This document shows, piece after piece, positions 1 through 10,298 of a stretch of 64,000 nt of DNA. Origin of the DNA: Candidatus Omnitrophota bacterium. GTDB lineage: Bacteria; Omnitrophota; Gorgyraeia; JABMRN01; RBG-13-46-9. The stretch spans positions 10,942-74,941 of the forward strand of contig JAUWBJ010000001.1 of NCBI GenBank assembly GCA_030605095.1, in the 5' to 3' direction. Position 1 is the stretch's first letter; every line of letters begins with the position of its first letter. The notes under the pieces were generated by a model. That model was not told the origin of the DNA. It searched no databases and saw only the letters and a program-made list of their open reading frames with translations. A program made the translations under genes and the position numbers.

Positions 1-2
1 TC

Positions 3-488
3 GAGGTAACTGTGGTGCCTGAGCTATCATCTGTGGGATTGCAAGGGCAACCAATTAGATTAGTGACTTTTCCTTCTTTTAATGCACATCAACTTGCAGC
101 ACTCCGTGCGGAATTACAGCCATCTAGTTTTAGTTTTATTCATGGGATACCTCATTTACCTGAAAATGCTTGGCGGCCAGAGGCTATAAAAAAGTTAAAT
201 CATATTGAAGAAATTTTACGAAGAGAAGATATGAATGCAAGTACTTTTGATTATCGCGAGACATTAGATTGCCTTTTAACGACTTATGGAACACATGGCG
301 TAATGGAACGTTTAATTCTATCTCCGATAGGTAGTAAACTGCAGACTGTCGCAGTAGGTATTTTTAAGTCATTTCTAGAGGACATTCAAATTGCTTATCC
401 TACCCCTCGTACGTTTGTTTCTCCTACCGATTACACAAAGGGAGTACGTGCTATTTACAGTTTATGCTTGCAAGATTTTTGTATTTGA
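3..488 (+). CDS. hypothetical protein, C-terminal part; the gene continues upstream of the window
   Basis: Open frame from window edge (no in-frame stop before GTG at 12) to stop at 488; no recognisable family motif. Confidence 0.35.
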   Translation, partial: EVTVVPELSSVGLQGQPIRLVTFPSFNAHQLAALRAELQPSSFSFIHGIPHLPENAWRPEAIKKLNHIEEILRREDMNASTFDYRETLDCLLTTYGTHGVMERLILSPIGSKLQTVAVGIFKSFLEDIQIAYPTPRTFVSPTDYTKGVRAIYSLCLQDFCI

Positions 489-686
489 TTTTCCTACCTA
501 TTCAGCAATCACAATCGGACGGCTTTATCCCGAAGTATCGGGATTCCGTATCGCCCTTTATAGGCCTGTTTTCCTTAAAAAAATCAAACACCTTTTAAAA
601 GTTTTTTGGCTCCTCCTACGTTGAATTGCTTACACGTTCAGCTACGTAGGACTCTGCAAACATTCCTTTTCCAAAAAAGTAAAATC

Positions 687-717
687 TTCACAATTTTCCC
701 TTGACTTCTTTTGTGAA
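687..717 (+). promoter_or_regulatory. Rex-box-like half-sites TTCACAA-N17-TTGTGAA flanking a TTGACT -35-like hexamer upstream of rex
   Basis: Both hexamer halves of the Rex operator consensus (TTGTGAA/TTCACAA) present as an inverted pair; unusual spacing. Confidence 0.4.
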
Positions 718-749
718 AAATGGTACAAAGTCTGTGAAGGTTGTTACAG

Positions 750-1379
750 ATGGGACAGAAGAAAATACCCGAAAGCACAATACCGCGGTTGGTTGTATAC
801 TTACGAGAAATCACAGCGCTTGCAAATATGAATATTCGGACCATATCGTCTGCCGAATTGGGGGAGAGAGTAAACTTAAGTGACGTGCAGGTCAGAAAGG
901 ACCTCGGGTATTTCGGCCAGTTCGGTGTAAGCGGTTCGGGATACGATACGACTGAACTAAAAGCCGCGTTAGAGAAGATACTGGGCAAGAATAAAACATG
1001 GAATGTGGCAGTTGTCGGGGTAGGGCACCTGGGTTCAGCGCTTTTGGCATATCCCGGATTTAAGAAACACGGGCTTAATCTGCTGATTGCATTTGATTCT
1101 GACACAAAAAAGATAGGAAAATCCATGAGCGGTGTCGCGATACAGTCTACAGATGAAATGCCAAAGGCAATCAAAGATAAAAAGATTTCTATAGGGGTTG
1201 TAGCTGTTCCCGCCGAACGCGCTCAAGAGGTTGCGGATAAACTTGTTTCAGCCGGCATTAAATGTATTCTGAATTTTGCACCTGCTTCGCTTAATGTACC
1301 GGAAGATATCAAGGTAAAGGATGTAGATCTTTCAAGAGAGCTTGAAACGCTCTCTTATTTTTTAGTCAATAAAAAATAA
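750..1379 (+). CDS. rex: redox-sensing transcriptional repressor Rex
   Basis: N-terminal wHTH (IPxxTxxRLxxYLR) followed by a Rossmann/CoA-binding-like NADH domain (VAVVGVGHLGSAL), typical Rex length; ATG at 750 has GAAGG RBS 10 nt upstream (track starts at TTG 741). Confidence 0.85.
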   Translation: MGQKKIPESTIPRLVVYLREITALANMNIRTISSAELGERVNLSDVQVRKDLGYFGQFGVSGSGYDTTELKAALEKILGKNKTWNVAVVGVGHLGSALLAYPGFKKHGLNLLIAFDSDTKKIGKSMSGVAIQSTDEMPKAIKDKKISIGVVAVPAERAQEVADKLVSAGIKCILNFAPASLNVPEDIKVKDVDLSRELETLSYFLVNKK

Positions 1380-1380
1380 C

Positions 1381-2406
1381 ATGCATTATATTTCCCAAAA
1401 TAATTTTTTTAAACTACTTGATGCATTAAAATCCAGTTATGAAGTTTACGTTCCTATAAAAAAAGGTGAACAGCGTTTTTACAAAAAATATATTGAACCT
1501 ACGGATGACATCGTAATCGGCGAGGTAAGGCCGTTTGAGCCGGTTAAGGCCTTCTTTGCGCAAGCAAGGGAAATAGTCGCAGAAGGTTTTAAAGATGATA
1601 TACCGCACAGCTCTGATAAGCCGTTTGCTATTATAGGAGTAAAAGCCTGCGACCTTAAAGGTTTTAAAGTCCAGGACCACGTATTTAAGAATCACGATTA
1701 TCAGGATCCATTCTACATTAAAAATCGCGAACAGAATCTTATAATAAGCGCAGATTGCACCTCTGTCATTGATACATGTTTTTGTCTTGCCTTAGGCATT
1801 AAACCCCATCCCCAGGAAGATTTCGATATCAATCTTTCCGAGATTAAAAGAGGCTTTGTTACAACGACGGGCTCCGATAAAGGAAAAGAGCTCCTTAAAA
1901 GATATTCTTCTTTATTTCAGGAAGCGGCCAAGGCAATTATTAATAAAAAAGAGCTGCAAAGAGCCAAGGTTATCGAGAAGGTAAAGGAGAATATCAGAGA
2001 GAATAAGGTGCCGCGTGAAGACTTATATAAAGGTATTATAGAGAGGAACTATGAATCTGATATCTGGCCGGAAGAGGCAAAGGAATGCGTAGAATGCGGG
2101 GCATGTAATACTATCTGTCCAACATGCCACTGTTTTCTCTTATATGACGAGAAAGATGATAAAAAGATGGAGCGTTTACGTATCTGGGATTCGTGTATGG
2201 TAAAGGATTTTGCGAGTGTCGCCGGAGGCGCTAATCCAAGGCCAAAGCTCTGGATGAGACTCCGAAACAGATTTGAGAAGAAATTCGACTTTTTCCCGAA
2301 AGTTGCCGATATTTATGCTTGCACAGGATGCGGCCGCTGCATATCCGCGTGTCCGGGAAAGATTGATATAAGGAAAGTCCTAACGAGATTAGTAGGAAAT
2401 GTATAG
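1381..2406 (+). CDS. iron-sulfur subunit, anaerobic sulfite reductase AsrA / sulfhydrogenase beta (HydB)-like
   Basis: 341 aa, two Cys clusters CVECGACNTICPTC and CTGCGRCISACP (4Fe-4S dicluster), size and position match AsrA/HydB. Confidence 0.7.
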   Translation: MHYISQNNFFKLLDALKSSYEVYVPIKKGEQRFYKKYIEPTDDIVIGEVRPFEPVKAFFAQAREIVAEGFKDDIPHSSDKPFAIIGVKACDLKGFKVQDHVFKNHDYQDPFYIKNREQNLIISADCTSVIDTCFCLALGIKPHPQEDFDINLSEIKRGFVTTTGSDKGKELLKRYSSLFQEAAKAIINKKELQRAKVIEKVKENIRENKVPREDLYKGIIERNYESDIWPEEAKECVECGACNTICPTCHCFLLYDEKDDKKMERLRIWDSCMVKDFASVAGGANPRPKLWMRLRNRFEKKFDFFPKVADIYACTGCGRCISACPGKIDIRKVLTRLVGNV

Positions 2407-3223
2407 ATCCAAGAATCCATATAGGCCAATCAAGACAGAGGTTCTCGACGTTATAAAAGAAACACCCACCATAAAAACCTTAAAGCTTAGGCCGGAAGAA
2501 CCAATAAGCTTTAAGACAGGTCAATTTATAGAGTTAACAATACCGGGAATAGGCGAGGCGCCTTTTACGCCTTCTTCGAAACCTTTTGTAACCGATGAGA
2601 TGGAAGTAACCGTAATGAAGGTGGGTAAGGTTACCGAGGAAATTCACCGGCTTAAAAAAGGTGATACCGTGGGATTGAGGGGGCCTTTTGGAAGCGGTTA
2701 TCCGTTGGATGATTTTAAGGGTAAAGAGGTGCTGGTTGTGGGCGGGGGATGCGGTTTTGCGCCACTTCGGAGCCTGATGTATTCCCTTTTTGGCATGAGC
2801 GGGGAATTTAAGAAGTTATTTTTCAGGGGCGGGTGTAAAAATCCCTCGGAATTTTTGTATAAACAAGAGATAGAAGAATGGACGAAGAGAGAAGACCTAA
2901 ATATCGCGCTTACGGTTGATACAGGCGACGAAACGTGGAAGAGAAACGTCGGCCTTGTGACCACTATCTTAGATAACGTAGAGATGGATTACAAAGATGG
3001 TATTGCGATCGTCTGCGGCCCCCCGATAATGATGAAGTTTGCAACTAAGAAACTACTGGATATGGGTTTTGAAGAGAAGAATCTCTATCTTTCCATGGAA
3101 AAGAATATGTCCTGTGGTATCGGCAAGTGCGGCCATTGCAGGATAGGGATATATTACGCATGCAAGGACGGCCCTGTTTTTCAGTATAGCAAGATAAAAG
3201 ATTTTCCGGAGATTTGGGAATAA
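2399..3223 (+). CDS. FAD/NAD(P)H-binding iron-sulfur subunit, AsrB / HydG / PyrK-like
   Basis: 274 aa; FAD/NAD-binding ferredoxin-reductase fold motifs (GGGCGFAPL) and C-terminal CGIGKCGHC 2Fe-2S motif. Confidence 0.75.
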   Translation: MYRSKNPYRPIKTEVLDVIKETPTIKTLKLRPEEPISFKTGQFIELTIPGIGEAPFTPSSKPFVTDEMEVTVMKVGKVTEEIHRLKKGDTVGLRGPFGSGYPLDDFKGKEVLVVGGGCGFAPLRSLMYSLFGMSGEFKKLFFRGGCKNPSEFLYKQEIEEWTKREDLNIALTVDTGDETWKRNVGLVTTILDNVEMDYKDGIAIVCGPPIMMKFATKKLLDMGFEEKNLYLSMEKNMSCGIGKCGHCRIGIYYACKDGPVFQYSKIKDFPEIWE

Positions 3224-3720
3224 TGGACAAAAAGCTATTTATTGACCTCGATATATGCGCCGCAGGCGAGTGTAAAGAGTGCGAGATTAAATGTAGCTAT
3301 TTGTATCATCCGGATAACAACGGTATTATTTCCATTGCTGAACTTGTAACTTACGCCCTCGTCTGCCGAAAATGCGAAGAGGCGCATTGTGTAAATGCAT
3401 GTCCGGTTGAGGCCCTTGAGCAGCAAAAAGATAAAGACAAGTTGTTGGTAAGGCATAATATGCGTTGCATCAGCTGTAAATCGTGCTCTCATGCCTGTCC
3501 TTACGGGAGTATTTATCCGGAACTCGTTCCTCTATTAGACCATAATTGTGATTTTTGCCTTGATAGAAGGGATGAAAAGGATGAGCCTTTATGTATAAAA
3601 ACCTGCTCTTACGGGGCGCTAAGCTTAAAGATGGGCGATATTAAATTGGATGAAAATACTTTTCTCGTAGGAGATTACCTGATGGTTCATTCTACGCATT
3701 GGGATAGGGAAAAGGTATGA
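3214..3720 (+). CDS. 4Fe-4S polyferredoxin
   Basis: 168 aa with several CxxCxxCxxxCP-type clusters (CRKCEEAHCVNACP, CISCKSCSHACPYG). Confidence 0.75.
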   Translation: MGIMDKKLFIDLDICAAGECKECEIKCSYLYHPDNNGIISIAELVTYALVCRKCEEAHCVNACPVEALEQQKDKDKLLVRHNMRCISCKSCSHACPYGSIYPELVPLLDHNCDFCLDRRDEKDEPLCIKTCSYGALSLKMGDIKLDENTFLVGDYLMVHSTHWDREKV

Positions 3721-4640
3721 TTTACATAGTTTACCTGATATTTTACGGATTTTTGGTAACTGCGATAATCGGGCTTTTAGCCAGCTGGATTGATAGAAAG
3801 GTTACGGCAAGGGTCCAGTATCGGGTGGGGCCTCCGATTTTGCAGCCATTAATAGATATTATAAAGCTTTCGGGAAAGGAAACGCTTATTCCGAGAGGGG
3901 TTTCAAAAATAACCTTTTTGGCAGCGCCCCTTGTCGGATTATCAGGCGTGATATTGGTTTCCACTTTGTTGTGGGTAAATAATATAAACCAGAGCAATAG
4001 TTTTATGGGAGACCTGATAGTAGCGATATATCTTCTGGCTATTCCTTCCATAAGTATTATTATGGGCGGTTTTGCGTCAGGGAATCCGCTCGCAAGCCTC
4101 GGGGCCTCGCGTGAAATGAAACTTATCTTAAGTTACGAACTTCCCTTCGTGCTCGCGGTATTTGTTCCTGTGATAAGATCCGGATTTGCCATCAAACTCG
4201 GCCAGATTTTAACTTTTCAAGCTGAGAATGGGGTTATTGTCGGAAGCTGGTCAGGGGCTCTGGCTTTAATTGTTGTTATACTCTGCATGCAGGCAAAACT
4301 GGCGCTCGTTCCCTTTGATATGCCGGAGGCAGAAACAGAGATTATGGGCGGGACGCTAATAGAATATTCCGGTTCCGGGCTTGCCGTTTATCGCCTTATG
4401 AAGAATATGCTTTTATTTACACTGCCTTTCTTTGTGATAATTCTCTTTATGGGCGGGTTAAGGCTGGATGGTATGCACCTTTTATACGGGATATTAAGAT
4501 ATGTCGGATTGGTGGCGCTTATAACGGTTATACGAAATACCAACCCGCGCGTAAGAATCGACCAGGCCGTCAGGTTTTTCTGGGGGCCGGTAACTGTCAT
4601 TGCGATAATAGCGGTTGTGTTGGCGTTTAGGGGTTTATAA
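3717..4640 (+). CDS. group-4 hydrogenase membrane subunit, NuoH/EchB/MbhM-like
   Basis: Polytopic membrane protein with RKxxARxQxRxGP motif characteristic of NuoH/HycD/EchB. Confidence 0.85.
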   Translation: MIYIVYLIFYGFLVTAIIGLLASWIDRKVTARVQYRVGPPILQPLIDIIKLSGKETLIPRGVSKITFLAAPLVGLSGVILVSTLLWVNNINQSNSFMGDLIVAIYLLAIPSISIIMGGFASGNPLASLGASREMKLILSYELPFVLAVFVPVIRSGFAIKLGQILTFQAENGVIVGSWSGALALIVVILCMQAKLALVPFDMPEAETEIMGGTLIEYSGSGLAVYRLMKNMLLFTLPFFVIILFMGGLRLDGMHLLYGILRYVGLVALITVIRNTNPRVRIDQAVRFFWGPVTVIAIIAVVLAFRGL

Positions 4641-4641
4641 T

Positions 4642-5064
4642 ATGGGCGTAAAATTAAAGGCATTGTTAAAATCACCCTGGGTATTTCATCTTTCTACCGG
4701 AAGTTGCAATAACTGTGATATCGAAATATTAGACTGCCTTACGCCGAGATTCGATATCGAAAGGTTCGGCATGCTTTTGGCGGGAAGCATAAAGCACGCC
4801 GACGTACTTCTCGTTACAGGTTCCGGTAACAGAAAATCCATGGAAAGGGTAAAACGATTATATGAACAGGTGCCAAAACCCTGCCTGGTGGTTGCCATTG
4901 GCGAATGTTCCTTATCGAGAGGCATGTTTATACATAGCTATAATTGCCCTGTACCTGTAGATAAGGTTATACCGGTTGATGTCTATATACCCGGATGCCC
5001 CCCTAAACCGGAGGCGATTATTGCCGGGGTTGTGAAGTTGATAGGGAAAGTTGGAGGGAAATGA
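4642..5064 (+). CDS. [NiFe]-hydrogenase small subunit, NuoB/EchC/MbhJ-like
   Basis: Cys ligands of proximal 4Fe-4S cluster incl. C-terminal GCPPKPEA motif; ATG at 4642 (track ORF begins at internal GTG 4615). Confidence 0.85.
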   Translation: MGVKLKALLKSPWVFHLSTGSCNNCDIEILDCLTPRFDIERFGMLLAGSIKHADVLLVTGSGNRKSMERVKRLYEQVPKPCLVVAIGECSLSRGMFIHSYNCPVPVDKVIPVDVYIPGCPPKPEAIIAGVVKLIGKVGGK

Positions 5065-5534
5065 GAAGAGAAGAGGTTTTAAAAGATATAAGGGAGAGAT
5101 TTAAGGAAGATATTCTCGACATCATCGATAAATCTCCGAAGAGGGTATACATAGAGATTAAACCCGATTCGATAAGAGAGGTTGCGAAATACATTTTTAA
5201 GGATTTGGGCGCAAGGTTTAATATTGCTTCAGGGGTGGACGCAAGGGAGCATATGGAGATTCTTTATCATTTTACTTTTGAAGATATAAATCTGTTGATT
5301 TCATTTCGAGTAAAGCTCGAAAAATCGAAATTAGAGATAGATTCACTCGCATCTGTCTTTGAAGGCGCAAACTGGATAGAGAGAGAGATTCACGAACTTT
5401 TAGGTATAAATTTTAAAGGCCATCCCGATTTGAGAAAATTGCTTTTACCTGACAACTGGCCCAAAGGCGTGTACCCTTTAAGACGTGATTACAAAGAGTG
5501 GGATAAGAAGGCGATTAGGGATAGGGGAGTGTAA
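5061..5534 (+). CDS. NuoC/EchD/MbhK-like 30-kDa subunit
   Basis: 157 aa, NuoC-family conserved ExHELLGI-like segment (EREIHELLGINF). Confidence 0.75.
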   Translation: MRREEVLKDIRERFKEDILDIIDKSPKRVYIEIKPDSIREVAKYIFKDLGARFNIASGVDAREHMEILYHFTFEDINLLISFRVKLEKSKLEIDSLASVFEGANWIEREIHELLGINFKGHPDLRKLLLPDNWPKGVYPLRRDYKEWDKKAIRDRGV

Positions 5535-6713
5535 ATGGCGAAGACAATAATTCCGATAGGCCCGTATCATCCTTTACAGGAAGAGCCGGAATTTTTTACT
5601 CTTACCGTTGACGGTGAGCGTGTCGTAGATATAGATGTGAGGATAGGGTATAATCATAGAGGCATAGAGAAGCTCTCCGAGATGAAGACCTTTGACCAGT
5701 CCACCTTTGTTATTGAAAGAATATGCGGTATATGTTCTACAAGCCATCCCTTTGCTTACACAAGGGCAGTAGAGGATATTATCGGTGTAGAGGTACCCGA
5801 GAGAGCAAAATATATAAGGACTATAATTGCTGAAGGCGAAAGGATACATTCGCATCTATTGTGGTTAGGTCTTGCCGGCCACTTTTTAGGATATAATACA
5901 GTCTACATGTGGGCGTGGAAACTGAGAGAGGAAATCCTGGATGTAATGGAGATTCTCTCCGGAAACAGAAATAACTATGCCATGTTTAAACCCGGTGGGG
6001 TAAGAAGAGATATTAAATCCGGAGATATTCCCGGCGTGATTAAGAAAATAGATTCTATCGTGCCGACGCTAACAATGCTTAAGAAAGCCGTTATCGATGA
6101 CCCTGTTTTACACGCTCGCACAAAAGGAATAGGCGTCCTTTCTAAAGAAGATGCCATAAATTATAGCGCTCTTGGCCCTACATCGCGAGCTTCGGGAGTA
6201 GCTAGAGATGTAAGAAAAGATTCTCCCTACGGAGTTTATGATAAAGTAGAATGGGACATGATAGTTACGCAAAATGGCGATGTCTTTGATAAAGCGGTTG
6301 TGAGGATACTGGAAGCTTTTGAGTCGATAAAGATAATGAAATACTGCCTTTTAAAGCTGCCTAAAGGAGAAATAGATTTAAATATAAAGAACATCCCTCC
6401 CGGAGAAGGTATCGGCCATATCGAGGCACCGAGGGGCGAGGTATTTCACTATGTAAGGTCTGACGGCACAAATAGACCCGTCCGGCACAAAGTAAGGGCG
6501 CCTACGTTTATGAATTTACCTACATATAAAGCAACCGTTGTAGGAGAAACAATATCAGATGCGACAATAATTCTGGCTGCTATCGACCCGTGCTATTGCT
6601 GTACGGAACGAATGGCAGTACGAAATATAAAAGGAAAGAAACTATATAATGGAGAGGACTTGATTAAGCTTTCGCAGGAGAAGACCGAGAAAGTAAGAAG
6701 AGGCCTAAAATGA
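5535..6713 (+). CDS. [NiFe]-hydrogenase large subunit, group 4 (NuoD/EchE/MbhL-like)
   Basis: N-terminal RICGICSTSHP (RxCGxCxxxH) and C-terminal DPCYCC (DPCxxC) Ni-Fe ligand motifs; NuoD-like fold. Confidence 0.9.
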   Translation: MAKTIIPIGPYHPLQEEPEFFTLTVDGERVVDIDVRIGYNHRGIEKLSEMKTFDQSTFVIERICGICSTSHPFAYTRAVEDIIGVEVPERAKYIRTIIAEGERIHSHLLWLGLAGHFLGYNTVYMWAWKLREEILDVMEILSGNRNNYAMFKPGGVRRDIKSGDIPGVIKKIDSIVPTLTMLKKAVIDDPVLHARTKGIGVLSKEDAINYSALGPTSRASGVARDVRKDSPYGVYDKVEWDMIVTQNGDVFDKAVVRILEAFESIKIMKYCLLKLPKGEIDLNIKNIPPGEGIGHIEAPRGEVFHYVRSDGTNRPVRHKVRAPTFMNLPTYKATVVGETISDATIILAAIDPCYCCTERMAVRNIKGKKLYNGEDLIKLSQEKTEKVRRGLK

Positions 6714-7333
6714 AAGAGAAAATTATTGCGAATCTCAAGAAAATGACAGACGTTCTCTCAGAGATGGTCGGCCTTGTATATCAGGGGTTCATAGAAAATG
6801 ATGCTCATTATTTAAACAGGGCGTTAAACAAAGAGCGCATAATGGATGATTTTGAAAAGGAGATAACTGCCTCCATTGTCCAGGTTTTCAAGACGCTGGA
6901 TAAAAAAAAGCAAAAAGAATTTGTTTTACTTGAACAAACTGCGCAAAATATAGAACGAATGGGCGATGAATTACGTTCTTTAATGGAACGCATAGAAATT
7001 AAGATCGCAGAAAACCTTTTCTTTAGTGAAATGGGCGTAGAGCAATATAAAGAAACTTTTGAAAAAATGAGAAAATCTGTAAACCTGACTATAGAGTTTT
7101 TAAATGAAGATAAACACGAACTTTTAAAAATGATATTAAAAAATGGCGATGAAATTAAAGAAACAGTTGAGAAATATAGAACAGAACATCTTGAGCGTCT
7201 GGCAAAGGGTATTTGCGAGCCGCGCGCCGCGAACATGTATTTTGACATGCTTGATTTTACGGGGAATATTGCTCGCCATTGCACTAATATAGCGAGAATC
7301 TATAAGGAAAAATATGGATTTAGAATTTTTTAG
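6710..7333 (+). CDS. PhoU-domain-like protein embedded in hydrogenase operon
   Basis: 207 aa, alpha-helical, C-terminal NIARHCTNIARIY resembles the PhoU ERIGDHATNIAE motif. Confidence 0.4.
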   Translation: MKEKIIANLKKMTDVLSEMVGLVYQGFIENDAHYLNRALNKERIMDDFEKEITASIVQVFKTLDKKKQKEFVLLEQTAQNIERMGDELRSLMERIEIKIAENLFFSEMGVEQYKETFEKMRKSVNLTIEFLNEDKHELLKMILKNGDEIKETVEKYRTEHLERLAKGICEPRAANMYFDMLDFTGNIARHCTNIARIYKEKYGFRIF

Positions 7334-8969
7334 ATTTGATAATCTATCCAATTTTGTAGGGATATTCATAGTCTTCTTTTCTTTGCTGATTATCATTTAT
7401 TCTTTTGGTTTCATGCGCAAAAGAAAAGGGCTCGCCGGCTACTACCTATATATAATCCTTACGTTGATTGCCTCCTTAGGAGTTGTCTTTTCCAATAACC
7501 TCATTTTACTTATGGTATTCTGGGGATTTTTAGCGTTTCTTCTATATTTGTTGATTGGTTTCGGACAAAAGAAAAACACACATTATACGGCTAAGAAAGC
7601 GTTTATAATAATTGGCGGTAGTGATGCTCTTATGCTGTTGGGATTGGCTTTAATCTGGCGTCTTGCAGGAACACTCCAGATGGATAAATTGAGCATAGCG
7701 CTAAATACAAAACCTGCTATCTGGGCCTATCTTTGTCTGGCAATAGGCGCATTTGCTAAAGCAGGGGCTATGCCTCTACATACATGGGTTCCTGATACTG
7801 CCGAAGATGCGCCTACTCCTGTAACGGCATATTTGCCCGCATCTTTAGATAAGCTTCTTGGAATATACTTCTTGGCCAGGATTTCTATGAATGTTTTCCA
7901 GATGAATAACGCTATGAATACGTTTTTGATGGCATTAGGCAGCTTCACAATTGTTGCCGCAGTTATGATGGCACTTATTCAGCATGATTTAAAGAGACTT
8001 TTAGGCTATCACGCCGTAAGCCAGGTCGGATATATGGTGTTAGGAATAGGGACCGGTAACCCGATAGGTATAGCCGGTGGATTGTTTCATATGCTAAACA
8101 ATGCTATATATAAATCGTGCCTCTTTTTGGGCGGTGGCGCGGTAGAGAAAAAGGCCGGAACCACCGATTTAAAGAAATTGGGCGGGTTTGCTAAAATTAT
8201 GCCGATTACCTTTGTTACGTTTTTAATCGCTTCGTTCGCAATATCAGGCGTTCCGCCTTTTAACGGCTTTGCTTCAAAATGGATGGTCTATCAGGGAGTG
8301 ATAGAGACAGCCAAAAATGGCGGGCATCTGTGGATAATATGGCTTGTTGCCGCTCTTTTTGGTAGCGCCCTTACCCTTGCGAGTTTTATGAAACTCGTGC
8401 ACACTGTATTTTTGGGCCAGCCCTCAAAAGCCCACAGCCAAGAGCCAGGAGCTCGCAGTCCTAAAGAAACCGGGCCGACCATGTGGATTCCAACCGTTAT
8501 CTTAGCGGCGTTATGTATTATTTTCGGCGTTTTTGCTTACAGAGTACCACTAAGGATGTTTATCTTACCAAGTTTAAATCAGGCTGTGACCTTTTCCGGC
8601 ACGTGGTTTTCGAGCCTCGCCGGTATTCTGTTATTGGCAGGGATTGCAATTGGTTTTATAATTTATCTTTTAGGTTCAGCAGTTAAGACAAGAGAGGCGC
8701 AAATATTTGTGGGCGGAGAAATTCTAAGCGATGTACCACAAATGAGGGTTTCAGGAGTCGAATTTTATAATACAATAAAAGAAATCGGTATATTAAAAAT
8801 TATCTATAGATTAGCAGAAAAGAAGGCATTTGATATTTATGAGCTGTTAAAGAAATTCTGCTTCATATTTACCAGGATATTACGCTTTATCCATACGGGG
8901 ATTTTGACTACATATCTTATCTGGATATTATTGGGAATGATAATTCTGTTTTTCGTTTTAATGAGATAA
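7314..8969 (+). CDS. Mrp antiporter MnhA/D-like subunit (NuoL/MbhH-like)
   Basis: 551-aa polytopic protein with HTWVPDTAEDAPTPVTAYL (NuoL/M/N proton-pumping antiporter signature). Confidence 0.85.
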   Translation: MDLEFFRFDNLSNFVGIFIVFFSLLIIIYSFGFMRKRKGLAGYYLYIILTLIASLGVVFSNNLILLMVFWGFLAFLLYLLIGFGQKKNTHYTAKKAFIIIGGSDALMLLGLALIWRLAGTLQMDKLSIALNTKPAIWAYLCLAIGAFAKAGAMPLHTWVPDTAEDAPTPVTAYLPASLDKLLGIYFLARISMNVFQMNNAMNTFLMALGSFTIVAAVMMALIQHDLKRLLGYHAVSQVGYMVLGIGTGNPIGIAGGLFHMLNNAIYKSCLFLGGGAVEKKAGTTDLKKLGGFAKIMPITFVTFLIASFAISGVPPFNGFASKWMVYQGVIETAKNGGHLWIIWLVAALFGSALTLASFMKLVHTVFLGQPSKAHSQEPGARSPKETGPTMWIPTVILAALCIIFGVFAYRVPLRMFILPSLNQAVTFSGTWFSSLAGILLLAGIAIGFIIYLLGSAVKTREAQIFVGGEILSDVPQMRVSGVEFYNTIKEIGILKIIYRLAEKKAFDIYELLKKFCFIFTRILRFIHTGILTTYLIWILLGMIILFFVLMR

Positions 8970-9518
8970 ATGATGATTGAGCTATACATACTTTTATTAT
9001 TTATGATTGCGGCTGCCTTTATTGCAGTCCAGATAAAGGACCTTCTCTCTTCCATTATTGCCGTGGGAGCAGCAGGGCTTGCTTTATCGGTAGCGTTTTT
9101 AATCTTAAAAGCGCCGGACCTGGCTATTACTCAATTAGTAGTAGAAATTCTTTGTCTTATTATCTTAATCAGGGCTACAGTAAAAAGAGACACTGCATCA
9201 ACCAAAGATTTCCGCGGCTTTCTTACCACAATAGTGAGCCTGGTGTTTATCGGGGTATTTCTCTTCTTTGCCTATCTTGCCTTAAAGGAGCTGCCTGATT
9301 TTGGCAAGCCCATAATGAGGGTAGCCGCCAATTTCATCGAGATGGGACAGGCAAAGACCGGTGCCAGCAATTTAGTTAGCTCAGTGATTTTAGATTTCCG
9401 TGCTTATGATACATTGGGTGAAGCAACAGTGCTATTTACAGCGGTAATCGGCACATTAGCGATTTTGCGCCGAATCGGGCGTAAGAAAAAAGATGAGGTC
9501 GTTAAAGAAAATGACTAA
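8970..9518 (+). CDS. Mrp antiporter MnhB-like subunit (N-terminal-type)
   Basis: Membrane protein with MnhB-domain-like hydrophobic segments; position in Mrp gene order. Confidence 0.6.
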   Translation: MMIELYILLLFMIAAAFIAVQIKDLLSSIIAVGAAGLALSVAFLILKAPDLAITQLVVEILCLIILIRATVKRDTASTKDFRGFLTTIVSLVFIGVFLFFAYLALKELPDFGKPIMRVAANFIEMGQAKTGASNLVSSVILDFRAYDTLGEATVLFTAVIGTLAILRRIGRKKKDEVVKEND

Positions 9519-9966
9519 AAATAGCAAAGGCATGACTTTAATTGTCAAGACCATCACCCGGCTTACAGTTGGGCTGATACTTTTATATGGTATCTATATA
9601 GTGCTGCACGGACATCTCACGCCTGGAGGAGGATTTGCGGGCGGAGTGATAATTGCTCTTTCATTTGTCCATCTGATGTTGGCTTTTGGCAAAGAGGTAG
9701 CTTTAAAGAAGGTTTCCCGTCCCATAGCCAGTTTATTTGAGAGTATCGGTGCGCTTATGTTTCTTTCTATTGCGGTAATTGGCTTTGTTGGAGGATATTT
9801 CTTTTTGAACTTTTTTATAAATAAAGGTACCCCATTTAAACTTTTCAGTGCAGGGATTATGCCTTTATGTAATATCGCTATCTCATTTAAGGTGGGAGCA
9901 GGTCTTTTTGCTATATTTGTGGCTCTGGTGTTATTAAAGATAGATTCGGAGGATAAAGAAAGATGA
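9511..9966 (+). CDS. Mrp antiporter MnhB-like subunit (C-terminal-type)
   Basis: HGHLTPGGGFAGG motif typical of MnhB/MbhF; ATG 9511 overlaps the upstream stop by 8 nt (track start 9493). Confidence 0.7.
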   Translation: MTKNSKGMTLIVKTITRLTVGLILLYGIYIVLHGHLTPGGGFAGGVIIALSFVHLMLAFGKEVALKKVSRPIASLFESIGALMFLSIAVIGFVGGYFFLNFFINKGTPFKLFSAGIMPLCNIAISFKVGAGLFAIFVALVLLKIDSEDKER

Positions 9967-10298
9967 TTTACCTTTTGTGCCTTGTGCTTTTTTCTATCGG
10001 ATTATATTGTATCCTGGTAAAAAGAAACTTGATTAAGATCATTATAGGCTTAGTAATAATGGAATATGCCGTGAATCTTGCATTTATCTTGTTCGGTTAT
10101 CGGCTTGGCGGCCGGGCGCCAATACTGGCCCAGGACCAGACAATAAAGAATATGGTTGACCCTTTACCGCAGGCTTTAGTTTTAACAGCCATAGTTATCG
10201 GACTGGCAACTACTGCTTTAATAGTGGCAATCGCAGTCAGAATTTATGATAGATATAAGACTTTTGACATAACAAAGATAAGGAGACTGAAGGGTTGA
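9963..10298 (+). CDS. Mrp antiporter MnhC-like subunit (NuoK-like)
   Basis: 111-aa three-TM protein, NuoK/MnhC-like. Confidence 0.75.
   Translation: MIYLLCLVLFSIGLYCILVKRNLIKIIIGLVIMEYAVNLAFILFGYRLGGRAPILAQDQTIKNMVDPLPQALVLTAIVIGLATTALIVAIAVRIYDRYKTFDITKIRRLKG

Noticed and set aside
391-624. 77-aa + strand ORF overlapping the end of the first partial gene
   Set aside because: Out-of-frame overlap with the longer ORF ending at 488, no RBS, hydrophobic low-complexity translation. The hairpin at 615-650 (CCTACGTTGAA...TTCAGCTACGTAGG) is more likely the real feature here.
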